NCBI GenBank assembly: GCA_964016885.1
Contig: OZ024745.1
Coordinates: forward strand, 128,216,001 to 128,280,000
Length of the DNA stretch: 64,000 nucleotides
Direction of reading: 5' to 3'
Source: Eledone cirrhosa
Lineage: Eukaryota
Shown: positions 26,861 through 41,422 of the stretch, one piece after another
How positions within the stretch are numbered: the stretch's first letter is position 1
Layout: the number at the start of each line of letters is the position of its first letter
Position numbers and translations under genes: made by a program
Notes under the pieces: model-generated
The model's database searches: none
The model's input: only the letters and a program-made list of their open reading frames with translations
Told to the model about the DNA's origin: nothing

Positions 26861-27584
26861 CTCAATAGTAGAGTTTAAATATTCTACTCAAAGTAGAGTT
26901 TAAATATTCTACACAAAGTAGAGTTTAAATATTTTACTCAAAGTAGAGTTTAAATATTTTACTCAAAGTAGAGTTTAAATATTCTGCTCTAAGTAGAGTT
27001 TAAATATTCTACACAAAGTAGAATTTAAATATTCTACACAAAGTAGAGTTTAAATATTCTACTCAAAGTAGAGTTTAAATATTCTACACAAAGTAGAGTT
27101 TAAATATTCTGCTCAAAGTAGAGTTTAAATATTCTACAGAAAGTAGAATTAAAATATTCTACTCAAAGTAGAGTTTAAATATTCTACACAAAGTAGAGTT
27201 TAAATATTCTACACAAAGTAAAGTTTAAATATTCTACACAAAGTAGAGTTTAAATATTCTACTCAAAGTAGAGTTTAAATATTCTACACAAAGTAGAGTT
27301 TAAATATTCTACACAAAGTATAATTTAAATATTCTACTCAAAGTAGAGTTTAAATATTCTACACAAAGTAGAGTTTAAATATTCTACACAAAGTAGAGTT
27401 TAAATATTCTACACAAAGTAGAGTTTAAATATTCTACACAAAGTAGAGTTTAAATATTCTACACAAAGTAGAGTTTATATATTCTACACAAAGTAGAGTT
27501 TAAATATTCTACACAAAGTAGAGTTTAAATATTCTACAGAAAGTAGAGTTTAAATATTCTACACAAAGTAGAGTTTAAATATTC
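26861..27584. repeat. 25-bp minisatellite (aagtagagtttaaatattctacaca), ~29 copies
   Basis: Strict 25-bp period. Confidence 0.95.
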
Positions 27585-27994
27585 AGTTATTGTTGCTAAG
27601 CAACGAGTCTTGCTACTCGGGCGTATCATTGTAACTTATTCAGTTATTGTGACATTGCCACAATTTCACTCTCTATATATGGTCCGAGCGTGAAAGAGCC
27701 GAACTCCCACTGTCATCGCCTCCATCTCTCTCGCCCTCATCGTCTCTCTGTATGGTGAGCAAATGGGGTCCCACGTGCTGGCCTCCCCACAACCCCGGCG
27801 GACAGAATATAGAAGGCGTTTCCCCGGAGGATGGTAAGGGAGATGCGCTGAAAGAGCCATTAAGCACTGAGCCTTGCTACTCTGGAATGTTATTGTGTTG
27901 GGATGTTTACAAATGTAGAAGTTCTTGAATGCAGGAAAATAACCAGTAACAGAGTTTTAGAATATTCCTCATAGATAAAATATTCCTCATAGAT

Positions 27995-28591
27995 CAGTGA
28001 TTCCCCACATGGGGCGCATACCCACTGGAGAACAATTTGAATATTTAAGCGGGGCCATTTGAAAATTATGTTAATGAGAACAAACCTCATGGTTTAGTTT
28101 ATTACTTTTACACCAATGAAACTTTAGTACACATTACTGTCAGAAACTTCTGTCTCACCTCCTCTTACATATGTTATTGTGCATTTGGCACCACTTATAC
28201 ACCATTTGTTTACACTCTTGTCAAGTCAAGAGTACTCAAACTATACGGTCATATAAAAAATCAACTCGTGGTGTGAGTAGGTTTCGCCTGGAAGGAAGGT
28301 TGGCTGGTAAGAGAAGCAAAGGTCAATATGATGGCTTGATAATGTCAATTTATGGACTGGATTTGATCTTTGCTCTTTAAACTCTGCTGTTGGTGATCGA
28401 ACTTTGTGGAGAAAAATATCAAATGTTGATGCGCAGTCTGCAACTGGCCGAGTTTAGCGTCACTTAAAAAAAAATACACCAATTTGTTTACACTTTGCAG
28501 TTGATCATTGCTGTTTTCATGTCAAAGGAGGAGATAACAATTTTTTTAATGTTGAGGTGGGACATGGTGCACAAAAGGTTGGGAAGCACTG
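27995..28591. mobile_element. hAT-Charlie-type MITE containing a LINE insertion
   Basis: cagtgattcccca ... ggttgggaagcactg; flanks tcatagat/atctagat. Confidence 0.75.
28217..28474 (+). mobile_element. 5'-truncated RTE-like LINE 3' end with A tail and ~19-bp TSD
   Basis: LEGRLAGKRSKG..WLDNVNLWTG..AVGDRTLWR. TSD tacacca(a)tttgtttacact on both sides. Confidence 0.8.
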
Positions 28592-29360
28592 ATCTAGATG
28601 GAAAAAAAGCGGCGAACAACCGCTACAGTGATCGAACTCTGCATTTCTCAAATGCCGGTGGGACGCCCTGTTCCATTGAGATAATTGACCACCGACGACA
28701 TTTATCGTCTTTAATAGCGCTAAATATCAGTTTTTCAATGTAACAAAATTGTGTAAATTGACCATTTAAGCTTCGAGTGAGTTTATTTGAAATTTTGAAA
28801 ATGTCGAACGCAAGGAAATAGCGTGAGTACTATTATTTTAGCGGTAGAGCACTATCAAAATATCTTGTTGGTTTTGGTTTAATTGGGTTAGCTTCTGGAT
28901 TAATATCATTGGTGTGTTTCATCCTTTCACACATAAAAACATATGTTTCAAGTAATTACTGCGGATGATTAAACCTACAACACACCAAATCAACTTTGAA
29001 ATTGATGACCTTGTACATGATGATCTTATACATCGGTATCTTAACGTATCTCTTTCTATTTTTCTGCTTTTTACTCCGTCGGTTACAACGACGAGTGTGC
29101 CAGTTGTTAAAATCAATTAAACAGGCTAGCTCGTGAAATTAACGTTATTTAAAACGTACACTGATTTCAACTAGATGACCTTCCCTTAGTTCCATCTATT
29201 ATTTTCCAGACATCCTCCTTACTATCTAGGCTTGGCCCCAGATAGTGTTAATACTGTATTAGATTGTCGGTCCTTATATTTCTAATAGCTATTCAAGAGC
29301 TTTGGGCTCTGATATGTTTGTCTGGCTAATAGTCTGGCATATAAATATGAGATATTATAG

Positions 29361-29401
<41 letters not shown>

Positions 29402-29439
29402 ATATTAATAAATGGAAACTATATTTATAAAATCATATT

Positions 29440-29505
29440 TATTTTATTATACATATTTCAAGGGCCACCAAGGCAAATTATGGTGCGCTTTCATCAGATA
29501 AAATA
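29440..29505 (-). ncRNA. Type I hammerhead ribozyme, family A (element ~29399-29680)
   Basis: tattttat-CTGATGA-aag c gcacca..tggtggc c ctt-GAAA-tatgta-TA-ataaaata. Stem I is a perfect 8 bp. Confidence 0.8.
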
Positions 29506-29681
29506 CAGATTTGTTTCATAAATAAATATTGACATACCCGGAAAAAAGAGAGCCTTAACGGTTGGAGCTTCCTGGATATTAATATATTGTGTATTTACTC
29601 CACTAAGCTGTTGAGTGCTTTATATCAGTTATAAAAATGTTTAAGCTTGTTGAATCCCAACAAATTGAATATAACCTCTGC

Positions 29682-29713
<32 letters not shown>

Positions 29714-29758
29714 ATATGCGCGTGTATATGTGACTGCTGTCTATATACACATTATATG

Positions 29759-29822
<64 letters not shown>

Positions 29823-29908
29823 TTGAAATAAAATGAAAACGAAATTTCATTTCTCACTCTTAGTACGGCACTTACTTAAATGTAAGTATGTGTGTATACG
29901 TACATACA

Positions 29909-29951
<43 letters not shown>

Positions 29952-29979
29952 ATGTGTGTGTGTGTGTTATATATGTATT

Positions 29980-30040
<61 letters not shown>

Positions 30041-30051
30041 TATATGTATGC

Positions 30052-30134
<83 letters not shown>

Positions 30135-30142
30135 TACATATA

Positions 30143-30225
<83 letters not shown>

Positions 30226-30310
30226 TATGTATATATATAAATAGATATATATATATATGTGTGTGTGTGTGTGTTATAAGTATTTATACATATATATATA
30301 TACATATACA

Positions 30311-30393
<83 letters not shown>

Positions 30394-31006
30394 CCTATAT
30401 ATACGCTTGCAAGTAAGCAGGTGAGACACCAGATTATTAACAAGATTCACGGCGAAGTCATAAAGAAGAAGAATAATTAATTAATTCTATCGTACAATGC
30501 CTGTGCGTGAAGATATGTTTTAAGTGAGGAAAGACTGTGCACTGAGCCAATCCCACTCTCTGAGCGACAGTAGCTATAACCCGAAAAGAAGAAAAGATCA
30601 ACATATTTATCGGAATTATCCCAGTTTCCTGAGTTACCTTCTCCTAGAAAAATGCCCTGACAAAGACTAGGGGTCCTTCACTCCCAGTGGTTTAACCGCG
30701 CGATCGGTTGTCCAGCCCGACTACTTCTATATCCCCGCGCATATACACATACATGCACCCATGTATATACACATATACATACACACACACACACATACAT
30801 ACACGCATACATACATACATACATACATACACACATACACACATACACACATACATACACACATACATAGACACACACATACATACACACATACATACAT
30901 ACACATACATACATACACACATACATACACACATACATACACACATACATACACACATACATACATACATACACACATACACACATACACACACACACAC
31001 ATACAT

Positions 31007-31037
<31 letters not shown>

Positions 31038-31716
31038 TACACACATACATACATACACATACATACATACATACACAAATACATACATACACACACACAT
31101 GCATACACACATACACACATACATACACACACACATACACACACACATACATAAACATAAATACATACACACATACATACACACATACACACATACATAC
31201 ACACATACACACATACACACATACACACATACACACATACATACATAAATACATTAATTTATACATAACTATATACATCCATACATAATTCAAAATAAGA
31301 AAAGAACGAATCGTACGTAATAGGAGCACAAGAAAATTAACAACAGAGAACAAACATGGCGCCATGGAAGGCATAAAAAAATAGAAGAATTGTTGAAAGC
31401 CAAATTACGTTGAATGTTTGTGGAATGAAGCTTGTTTCCTTCTACAACACGAAGTTAGAAGTGGATAAAATGAAGATAATGAACAATTAAAACTGGTTTT
31501 TCGTGTTTACCGATCAACTTGAAACCACTTTCATTAAAATTGCAGTCCCTCTTCTATGTTAATTCTTTCTATATTTTTCTGTTCAATTGCATTCTTCTGA
31601 TGTTGTAACGTTTATTTATGTATTTATTTATGTATTTATTTATTTATTTAGAGTGTTAAGTGGAGGGGGAGGGGTTTTTTTTTCCTTTGTTGCAGTTGTT
31701 ATTGTTGATGCTCATA

Positions 31717-31765
<49 letters not shown>

Positions 31766-31815
31766 TGGGTATATATATATATGTGTGTATGTGTATTTAT
31801 ATATATGTATATATA

Positions 31816-31876
<61 letters not shown>

Positions 31877-31961
31877 TATATTATATTATATTATATTATA
31901 TTATACGTTACATATAATATATAAATATATAGATAGATACATACATACATACTTACATACG

Positions 31962-31995
<34 letters not shown>

Positions 31996-32040
31996 CGTAT
32001 ATATATATTATATTACATATATATATAATATATATATATA

Positions 32041-32096
<56 letters not shown>

Positions 32097-32113
32097 TTTA
32101 TATATATAAATGC

Positions 32114-32201
<88 letters not shown>

Positions 32202-32748
32202 CTTTTGGTTATGTCCCCCGGTTTGCTTTGAATGTGTTCTTATTGATGAGAAACAAAGCAACGTGTTTAAAAACATATACATGTATATACCAGTTTGCAT
32301 GTTTTGTACGTATGTATGTATGTATATGCATGCATATGTATGTGTGTATGTATGTGTGTATGTATGTATATGTATGTATATGTATGTATATGTATGTATA
32401 TGTATGTATATGTATGTGTGTCTGTGCATTAAGAGGAGGGTCTGTAGGAGTGATAATATACATATTTATTGATTTAACTGCGCACTACCTTTGTCAATGT
32501 AAGCTTTTATATAAATATATATATGGCATTATGTGTATGTTTGTGTGTGCACACGCGCGTATGTGTGTGTGTGAGCGTGCGTGAGTGGCTGGTGGTATTA
32601 CACAGGTGTGAAAGGCAATTAAGCGAAAGAATGTATTCAATACTCCTAGTCAAAGTGGAATAATATTTATTCAAAGTTGTGTCATTTTTACGTCGCTACA
32701 CACACGAACACACACACACGAACACACACATGCCCACGCACACATGCC

Positions 32749-32796
<48 letters not shown>

Positions 32797-32992
32797 CGTG
32801 TATGGGGGGGGGGGGGTCTGTATATAAACTTTTTTCATAAAACATTTCTCAACATAGTTACTTGCTACCTACGGTTTCAAAGCCTGCTCTGGCGAAGTTC
32901 ATAGAGACGGTAATACTAGTTCATGGAAGTATATATATATACATACATACATACATACATACACACATGTATGTGTGTGTGTGTGTATGTAC

Positions 32993-33084
<92 letters not shown>

Positions 33085-34062
33085 ATGTGTATGATTGTAT
33101 ATGTATATTTAAACACAGAAATGTATATAAACGTATGTTATTTTCATTACATACTCTATTGAAAATTATGAGAATATTGGTGATAGTTATAATTAAGAAC
33201 TTATTGCTAACACTATTATTTTTATTCTTGAATATATTTACTATGAAGTAGTACATTCTTCAATCGTGTTAATCAAAGATAAACATACTAAGCTTAATAT
33301 ATATGTTAAAGATATATTCATGGTAGAACCATTGCACGCATGCGCTTTCAGAATGTGCAAAACCTAATGAAAAATACTTCATTAACATAGAATGTAACTG
33401 CTCTATCGTCAATAATAAATCTATAGTTAGAGGGATGTCAAATAGAATTTCTAAACTGTCAGCAAATGAGGTTGTAATTTAAGCTGAAAGCCGAGTATTA
33501 TAGAGAGGAATTAACTATGTCAGGTTATAACGATGAAGACTACAATATAGTTTTCGAGCAGGCCCTTCTATCTAAGGCAAATATAGTGCAGTCTCTACTT
33601 TATGTCGATTGGCCCGCGACCTGTCCTGTGTGACGTGGGATGGACGCACAAAGATTGCATGTCCCGAGACCCCAAAAAAGCTTTCAGGAGGGAATAAACC
33701 TTGACAATTGGAAGGCTATAATCGTAAAATAACGTATATTCCTGAGGAAATTAAAAATCAAGGTCTCCATATCTAATTGTACGTAGGTGTAAGAATGGTG
33801 ATACTGAATCATATTCACAAAGCCATTGTGTAGGGATTATATCTAAAGCAGAATATTTTCTTAAAGGGAATTCTAGTAGGTGGGTCCATTAAAATGTTGT
33901 CACTTTCATTTAAATAATAGAAACAAGACTAAACTAATGAAAATACTAAGTTTAGTTATTAATACTTTAGAACAGGTTCTAAGGTTAGTCGAATGTATGT
34001 TAATATTGAATGCAAGGTTTACTTAAATGTTAGTAATAATAAATAACATGTGACTATTAATG

Positions 34063-34267
34063 ATTTCTACTATAGGTACAAGGCCAGTAATTTGGGGAGA
34101 GGGGAAAGTCGATTAAGTACATTACTGGTACTTTATTTTATCGACCCCGTAAGGATGAAAGGCAAAGTTGACCTTGGCGGGATTTGAACTTAAACCGTAA
34201 AGGGCCGTAACTCTATGCTGCAAAGCATGGTGTCCGACTCTTTACCGATACGGCCAATCTCCCGCCC
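34063..34267 (-). mobile_element. Main tRNA-SINE
   Basis: Reverse match to consensus. Flanked by catgtga.tattaat duplication. Confidence 0.9.
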
Positions 34268-34921
34268 ACATGTGATTATTAATAAAAGAACTAGAAGGGG
34301 AAATATATTTAGCATTATTATTCCTTCGAAATCCAAGTGCAGTTTAATGTACTAAAAGCATTTTTCGATATCATCGAAAACCACATTACATTAATGAATA
34401 TGCAGTGAAAATGTCAAACTTCACTAGCTAGTGATGTTCGAGATTAAGGGTATGGCTTTATACAGAGAATACAAGTGTTTATATCGAATAGTCCATTGCT
34501 CAGGTCATTTGGAGACGGGAGAAAAGGTTGGTGTATAAATGTTATGAACATCACCCTGGTCTCGACCAGAACTAAATATTTCTAATCAGACAAGCTTACA
34601 AGCCAGCCGCAACGGGGCCTTTGTTGCGATTTATTCAAATATGTTTACAACCCCTGTTCCTAAATGTACATCGTGAACTACCACTGTTCTATGATTTGTT
34701 TTGTTTGTTTGTTTTTTTGTCACACCGTACCACAAACATTTCATTAGTATTTATACTTTATACATATGTGTGGGTGTTTGTATAAAGCTGATTAGGAGTC
34801 GTTAGAACGCTGGACACACACGCACACACACACACACATACACACACACTCATCATCCCCCATATATAATATGTCAATTCCATCCCGCCCATCCCCTCAA
34901 TCTATTTTATTTCTCATTCTT

Positions 34922-34957
34922 TCTTCTGATGAAGGACTAGCGTCCGTAACGTTAAGA
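34922..34957 (+). ncRNA. Minimal hammerhead (GAAA mutated to GTAA) in a Penelope-like end
   Basis: tctt-CTGATGA-a ggac tagc gtcc-GTAA-cg-TT-aaga. Confidence 0.6.
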
Positions 34958-35042
34958 CCGTCTTCCTGCTATATCAAGCGTTAACCTAATATAACCTTCA
35001 ATATACTGTACCGATTGTGTTGTTATTTCTGTTTACCTTTTT

Positions 35043-35124
<82 letters not shown>

Positions 35125-35817
35125 GAGAGAGATACAAACGTGAGAGACAGCGATAAAGAGAGAAGGAGATAGAGAGGGGAATATAGAGAGAGCGAGAAAG
35201 AGAGATTGCTTGGAGTAAAAATATTCTACATAAAATTCAGCACTAAATAAACATAGCCTGCTATTATAGTCAGCAGAAACAGATACATGTTGTTTTTTTA
35301 ATCTATAAATCTATATGCCAATTTCAATTTACCTTCCTTTCCAGTTGATCTCAAAGAAGTATGAACCGTATTAATGTTTATCAAGCATTTCTATCAATCT
35401 ATTTCAATTTCCGCTTTCGTTTTCTTTTTCAATTCTTACCAATCGTAATACATTTAAAGTAATACCAATGAGTTAGTATCGATGAGGTATATTTATTTAG
35501 AATCAGTTCTGTACATTAAAGAGGTAAGTGTTTCAGTAAAAACTAAATTGATCCAAATAGAAATAAAAAGACAATATGGTGTATTCTTTTTAGTTAATGA
35601 AATATTATAAATTTCCAGCCAGACTTCCTTGCGACTGAATATGAAAAGTGCTGACAATATATGTTTATACAAATACATAAGAATCAGAATAAAAGCAGTT
35701 TGAAAATAATTAAACGATTACTGAGCAGTTACTCGATATTTGAGGCAGTAGAGTATGGTGGTCTACCACTGGGTACCGACTCGGTAACAGTTTTAATATA
35801 ATATATATATATATATA

Positions 35818-35935
35818 ATTGTTTCTACTTTTGGCACAAGGCCAGTAATTACCCAGTACATTACTGGTACTTTATTTCATCGACCCCTTAAGGATGAAAG
35901 GCAAAGTTAACCTCGGTGGGATTTGAACTCAGAAT
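35818..35935 (-). mobile_element. Main SINE, 5'-truncated
   Basis: Reverse match to the core and tail. Confidence 0.85.
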
Positions 35936-35946
35936 GGCACCGCCTT

Positions 35947-36280
35947 ATTGGCAGTACGGGAATTGGCAGTACGGGAATTGGCAGTACGGGAATTGGCAGT
36001 ACGGGAATTGGCAGTACGGGAATTGGCAGTACGGGAATTGGCAGTACGGGAATTGGCAGTACGGGAATTGGTAGTACGGGAATTGGCAGTACGGGAATTG
36101 GCAGTACGGGAATTGGTAGTACGGGAATTGGCAGTACGGGAATTGGCAGTACGGGAATTGGCAGTACGGGAATTGGCAGTACGGGAATTGGTAGTACGGG
36201 AATTGGTAGTACGGGAATTGGCAGTAGGGGAATTGGTAGTACGGGAATTGGCAGTACGGGAATTGGCAGTACGGGAATTG
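35947..36280. repeat. 15-bp minisatellite (attggcagtacggga), ~22 copies
   Basis: Strict 15-bp period. Confidence 0.95.
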
Positions 36281-36321
36281 AATAATCAAGACCGTAGCAG
36301 TATGTCATATATTAAATAATA

Positions 36322-36389
36322 TATTTTGTCTGATGAGGACGTACTGAAAAAAAACAGCACAGTACCTTTGAAATATATATAATAAAGTA
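36322..36389 (+). ncRNA. Type I hammerhead ribozyme, family A-like
   Basis: tattttgt-CTGATGA-gga c gtactg..cagtac c ttt-GAAA-tatata-TA-ataaagta. Confidence 0.75.
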
Positions 36390-36432
36390 TATATTTTGAT
36401 TATGCGAATATTTTTCATTTGTTAACATTTTG

Positions 36433-36520
<88 letters not shown>

Positions 36521-37046
36521 TTCGTTATCTGAAAACGTGTGTTGAATTCGATATTGTTATAATTTGGGAGAGTCATGCTGCCAATAAAAACAGACGCATC
36601 AGCTGGATTTCACTTCAATTTATTATAAACTTCCAGTTAGTTTAAGAATTGGATGGTTATTTATTTGCTATTTTTTGTTAATAAATAACTATGCAGTTAT
36701 TAAATTAACCAGCTGGTAGTTTATAATAAATTGAAGTAAGTCACTTAGCCCAGAAGCATTTTGCTATGTCCTGGAATACATTTTTGTATATTCCAGGACA
36801 TAGCAAAATGCTTCTGGGCTAAGTCACTTACTTCAATTCATTATAAACTACCAGCTGGTTAATTTAATAACTGCATAGTTATTTATTAACAAAAAATAGC
36901 AAATAAATAACCATCCAATTCTTAAACTAACTGGAAGTTTATAATAAATTGAAGTGAAATCCAGCTGATGCGTCTGTTTTTATTGGCAGCATGACTCTCC
37001 CAAATTATAACAATATCGATTTCAACACACGTTTTCAGATAACGAA

Positions 37047-37136
<90 letters not shown>

Positions 37137-37229
37137 CAAAATGTTAACAAATGAAAAATATTCGCATAATCAAAATATATACTTTATTATATATATTTCG
37201 AAGGTACTGTGCTGTTTTTTTTCAGTACG
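36340..37229. repeat. ~890-bp near-perfect palindrome centred at ~36784
   Basis: Arms are reverse-complementary with only a few substitutions. Each arm contains a (TA)n tract. Confidence 0.92.
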
Positions 37230-37559
37230 ATCTATAGTATGATAGAATATTAACTGTTAAGTGTTAATTGACACTTAACAGTTAATATTCTACCATACTA
37301 TTTCATTCTAATACCATTATAAATTTTAAAGGATTGTAAATAAAACGAGTAAATCAGACAAAGTTGTAATTCCTTTTATTAATATACATATATATTTCGT
37401 TTCTGAATTTGTTTAGCAAGATTCTTTATCTGAAAACGTGTGTTGAAACCGATATTGTTATACTTTGGGAGGGTCATGTTGCCAATAAGAAACACACGCA
37501 CCAGTTGTTTCACTTCAATTTATTATAATAAATTTATAAATTTAGGAATTTATAAATTT

Positions 37560-38200
37560 CTGGTTGGTTGGTTGGTTGGTTCCACAACCAGATGGTTGTT
37601 TATATATTGTCAAAGTTCTTTCGTCACACATTCTGTGACCTCTTCAGTGACTGGGGATTCTTTTCTTTGTTTTTTGTGCCTCTCCTTTGTTCTGTCCTAC
37701 ACCATCTTGTTTTTGTGTGTGTGTTGTGTCCTTAGTTTGCTCATGTGTTACATCCGGGTGTCTGTGTGTGTTTATATTCGTTTATTTATTTGTTTATTTA
37801 CATGTTACTGGTTGGTTGTTTGTTCTATGTGCGTGTGTGTTTTCATATTGTCCTTAATTGTAAGTTGTGATGTTGCTGTTCCACTCATGTTTTCTATTTA
37901 ATTTTGGTTGGAGTTCATTTATGTCTATTGCCTCTGTGATTTGTCTAAACATTGCGTCTTTTCTGTGTGTAGATTCTATTTTTATTTCTATGTTCTCTAA
38001 TTTACCCTTATGTTCTATTTTAGCATGTTGGTAGAGTACAGATGATTCTTTACTATCTTGAAGGTCTCGCCAGTGTTCATTTATCCGTTCCCCTATACTA
38101 CGAGCTGTCTCACCTATGTACACTATATTTTTATCTCTACATTGTCCTCCAGTACATCTTATGCTATACACTACATTTCTAGTTTTACAGTTAATATAGG
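37560..38200 (-). mobile_element. 5'-truncated Penelope-like element: GIY-YIG endonuclease C-terminus (ORF to 37854), 3' UTR, (CCAA)n end
   Basis: NCKTRNVVYSIRC..C..VYIGETARSIGERINEH..H..H..R..EAI.I...PKLN. Confidence 0.9.
37609..37651 (-). ncRNA. Minimal hammerhead in the 3' end of the Penelope fragment
   Basis: gtca-CTGAAGA-g gtcac agaatgt gtgac-GAAA-gaac-TT-tgac. Confidence 0.8.
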
Positions 38201-38232
38201 CGCTTAATATATATATATATATATATACCTAT

Positions 38233-38635
38233 ATAATATGGAAAACGAAGAATCAGTGATCCATCGAAACAATTTATTATCGTATTACAATTGTTTCTCC
38301 GGCGAATAGCTCGAGGTTCGATCTATCGGTGGATCGAACCTGACTCTGTATTAGCAAGTTCCTCAGATACATCTAGCGACTTCGAAGCAGACAGAAGATT
38401 TGCTTCGAAGTCGCTAGACGTATCTGAGGAACTTGCTAATCTAGAGTCAGGTTCGATCCACCGATAGATCGAACCTCGAGCTGTTCGCCGGAGAAACAAT
38501 TGCAATATGTTATAAATTGTGTTCCGTTGCATCACTGATTCTTCGTTTTCCATATTATTATACTCTGCTCCGAAGGCGCATAGAGTGCTCAACCGGCATA
38601 CCGCCTATGGACGCATCCAAGCAACCTTACTACAA

Positions 38636-38640
<5 letters not shown>
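38233..38640. mobile_element. Fold-back family B: ~160-bp diverged arms, each with a hammerhead core
   Basis: Arms span 38233-38558, centre ~38395. CTGAGGA..GAAAC-aatt-GTA on the minus arm; GCA on the plus arm. Confidence 0.8.
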
Positions 38641-38728
<88 letters not shown>

Positions 38729-40650
38729 AATGACGTTATACGATGTTTCACAGTGTATATGAACTAACAAAGTTACAAAATAGCTTTAGCTTAGTGCATG
38801 TAAATCAACAAACTTATAGAATATATTTTTAAATTACTTTAACGTTTTCGAAGCCAAAAATAATATATTATGGAGGAAATACATAAATAATGTAGAAAAT
38901 ATATCTTCGTTAAAAACTAAAACCCTGGCAAGCTTCCCAAACAAAAGTGTTATTTCTATTTTGTTATATTTTCAATTTCTTAACTAACTTTAAACATAAC
39001 TTGAAATAACAAAGAAATGACAGCTCGACTCGAATTTCCAGGCCCACATACCTCCTAAATGAATACAATATATATGTATTTATCTATGAGATGTATTAAA
39101 ATAACTTTAGATATACTTTTCCGTTTTCTATTTTATATGTTAGTCGATATACGGTTTTACATTTTTCTTAGTCTTCGTTTTTTTTTTCGGTAGAAGCTGT
39201 AAAATTTATTGAAAGAAGCACTTTATACTATTTCTAAAATATATATTGCTCACTTGAAAGAATGTATTTTAGGTAGTCATAAACACCTTGTAATTTCTTA
39301 CCACGTTCTTCTATGAATATTTCGAAAGTACCACTATTTTTTAGTATTCTCTGACGTACTGGTCACCCGCATTTTGGTCTGCATTGTACCCCTCTCTCCT
39401 CTATGAATTAAAAACATTCTTTCCCTTCTTCAACTAAAAACTGCCTCAGAAAATGATAAAACTCTTGCGATGTTTTGCTGCTTCTAAATATCATTTTTTA
39501 CTAAACTAAAAATCTAGAACACTTTGACGCCTTCAGTTTCGATATATTAAAATATATTGAAAATAAAACAACATAGCTTTAAGAATTGACTTCATATCAA
39601 TAATCTACTTTTCACAAGAAATTTTGTGCAGATCAACAACAAACAAATCAAATTGACGATTTATGAAATATCCAACTGCCAGCACTGTCTAAACATCCTT
39701 TCCCGCCATGTCAACGAGAATTTTACATTAAAAACTTTTACAATTGTGATTGCAATCCTAAAGCAAGAGAAATGTATTTGCAATGCAGAAAAAGTGGATA
39801 TAATCAAAATTAACTTTTCTTAATCAGAACTTCGCTATTGTATTAGTCAAGTTCGTTTTCTTATCTAGGTTTAAGTTCAAACTGTTGTCACTTTTCGAAT
39901 TGTTTTTGGTATTTTTATCTTCGTCATCATTATAACAAGTCTGGTGTGATAAATTTATTGAACTCTCACAGCACAATAAATATGCAAGTAATTTCATAGT
40001 CATACGACGTCGTTTAACTCCAGAATCTTTCTTTAGTTGCTTAGATTTAACCTCACATCGCATCACCACCCTCGTTACATAGTATGACTCGCGTGACTCT
40101 CTCATTGAGTCATATAATACAATAAGCATGCCAAACTTTCTTTTAAATTTGCAACAACAAGAATACTATATACATTGTTAGTCAAGCAATGGATTGTGCT
40201 GAAATAATTTCCGTACGTCTTGTGCGGGGGATTTATTAGACGAAAACTATATGGGCGAACAATTTGAAATCAGTGTGAAAGCCTGAGAATTGATTCCTTC
40301 AAATAAAAATAACCTGTGTAATATTTGCTTTGCAAGTGCCAGGAAATGCAGTGAATCAGTGATTGGTTTGTTGGAAACCTCTAACCAACGACGTTATTGT
40401 TCACCGCTTGCGATATAAAATAAATAAATACGCTTGAGAGAATTTTAACAACTGGAAGATAAAAATAATTACTAAGATAAAATCAATCTAATTCAATTCA
40501 GTTTGTTCTAACATGTATTCTAAAATAGAACAAATTACAGTAAGTTGATCAATTTAAATTGTTTAATGGTGGATATCAGCAGTTGGAAATAATTATAAAG
40601 ATAATGACAAGAATATATGTTTTTAGTTAAAATATAATATACATTAACTT

Positions 40651-41035
40651 GCGTCAGACACCATGCTTTACATTATAGAGCTATGGACCTTTACGTTCTG
40701 AGTTCAAATCCCGCCTAGGTAAACTTTGCCTTTCATCCTTACGGGGTCGATAAAATAAAGTACCAGTAACGTACTGGAATGATTCAATCGACTTCCCCTC
40801 TCCAGAAAAATTGTTGGCCTTGTGCCTAAATCAGAAACCATTATTTTGATTGGATTGGAAATATCGGTAGAGTGTTGGACGCTATGCTTTGCAGCATAGT
40901 TACGTCCCTTTACGGACTGAGTTCAAATCCCGCCAAGGTTAACTTTGCCTTTCATCCTTACGGGGTCGATAAAATAAAGTACCAGTAATGCGCTGGGTTA
41001 TTGATGGTCTTGTGCCAAAATTAGAAACAATTATT
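40651..41035 (+). mobile_element. Two tandem main SINE copies
   Basis: Long-tail form followed by short-tail form. Confidence 0.9.
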
Positions 41036-41348
41036 TTGATTAGTGATCCTGAAATTAGTGTTTGTCCTGTGCCGGATTTTCTACATGAATTACAATAAGT
41101 TAAGTACTTCAATTAATATATTTTATTTATTACTAGGATTTATAATATTTATCAATAACCATTGTATTTCATAATAGTAGGATTTACTTTATCCAACTCA
41201 ATATATAATATATTAAGTGGTAACGCTAAAACAACATTCCATCGGCAACCATTCCAAATTTTAATTGATCAAGGTGAAAAGTAGTTCAGTTGAATATCTA
41301 AATGGTTAAATTCTTGAACCAATTCTAATCCATCAGATAGTATATATA

Positions 41349-41414
<66 letters not shown>

Positions 41415-41422
41415 AATTTAAA

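Noticed and set aside
31356-31490. ITLNVCG resembling a BTB/T1 start after caaacATGGCG
   Set aside because: Both ATGs hit stops within 7 codons, and the motif frame has no start or splice support.
39350-40160. Possible DNA-transposon (piggyBac-like) remnant
   Set aside because: No TIRs, TSD or catalytic motifs could be identified by eye.
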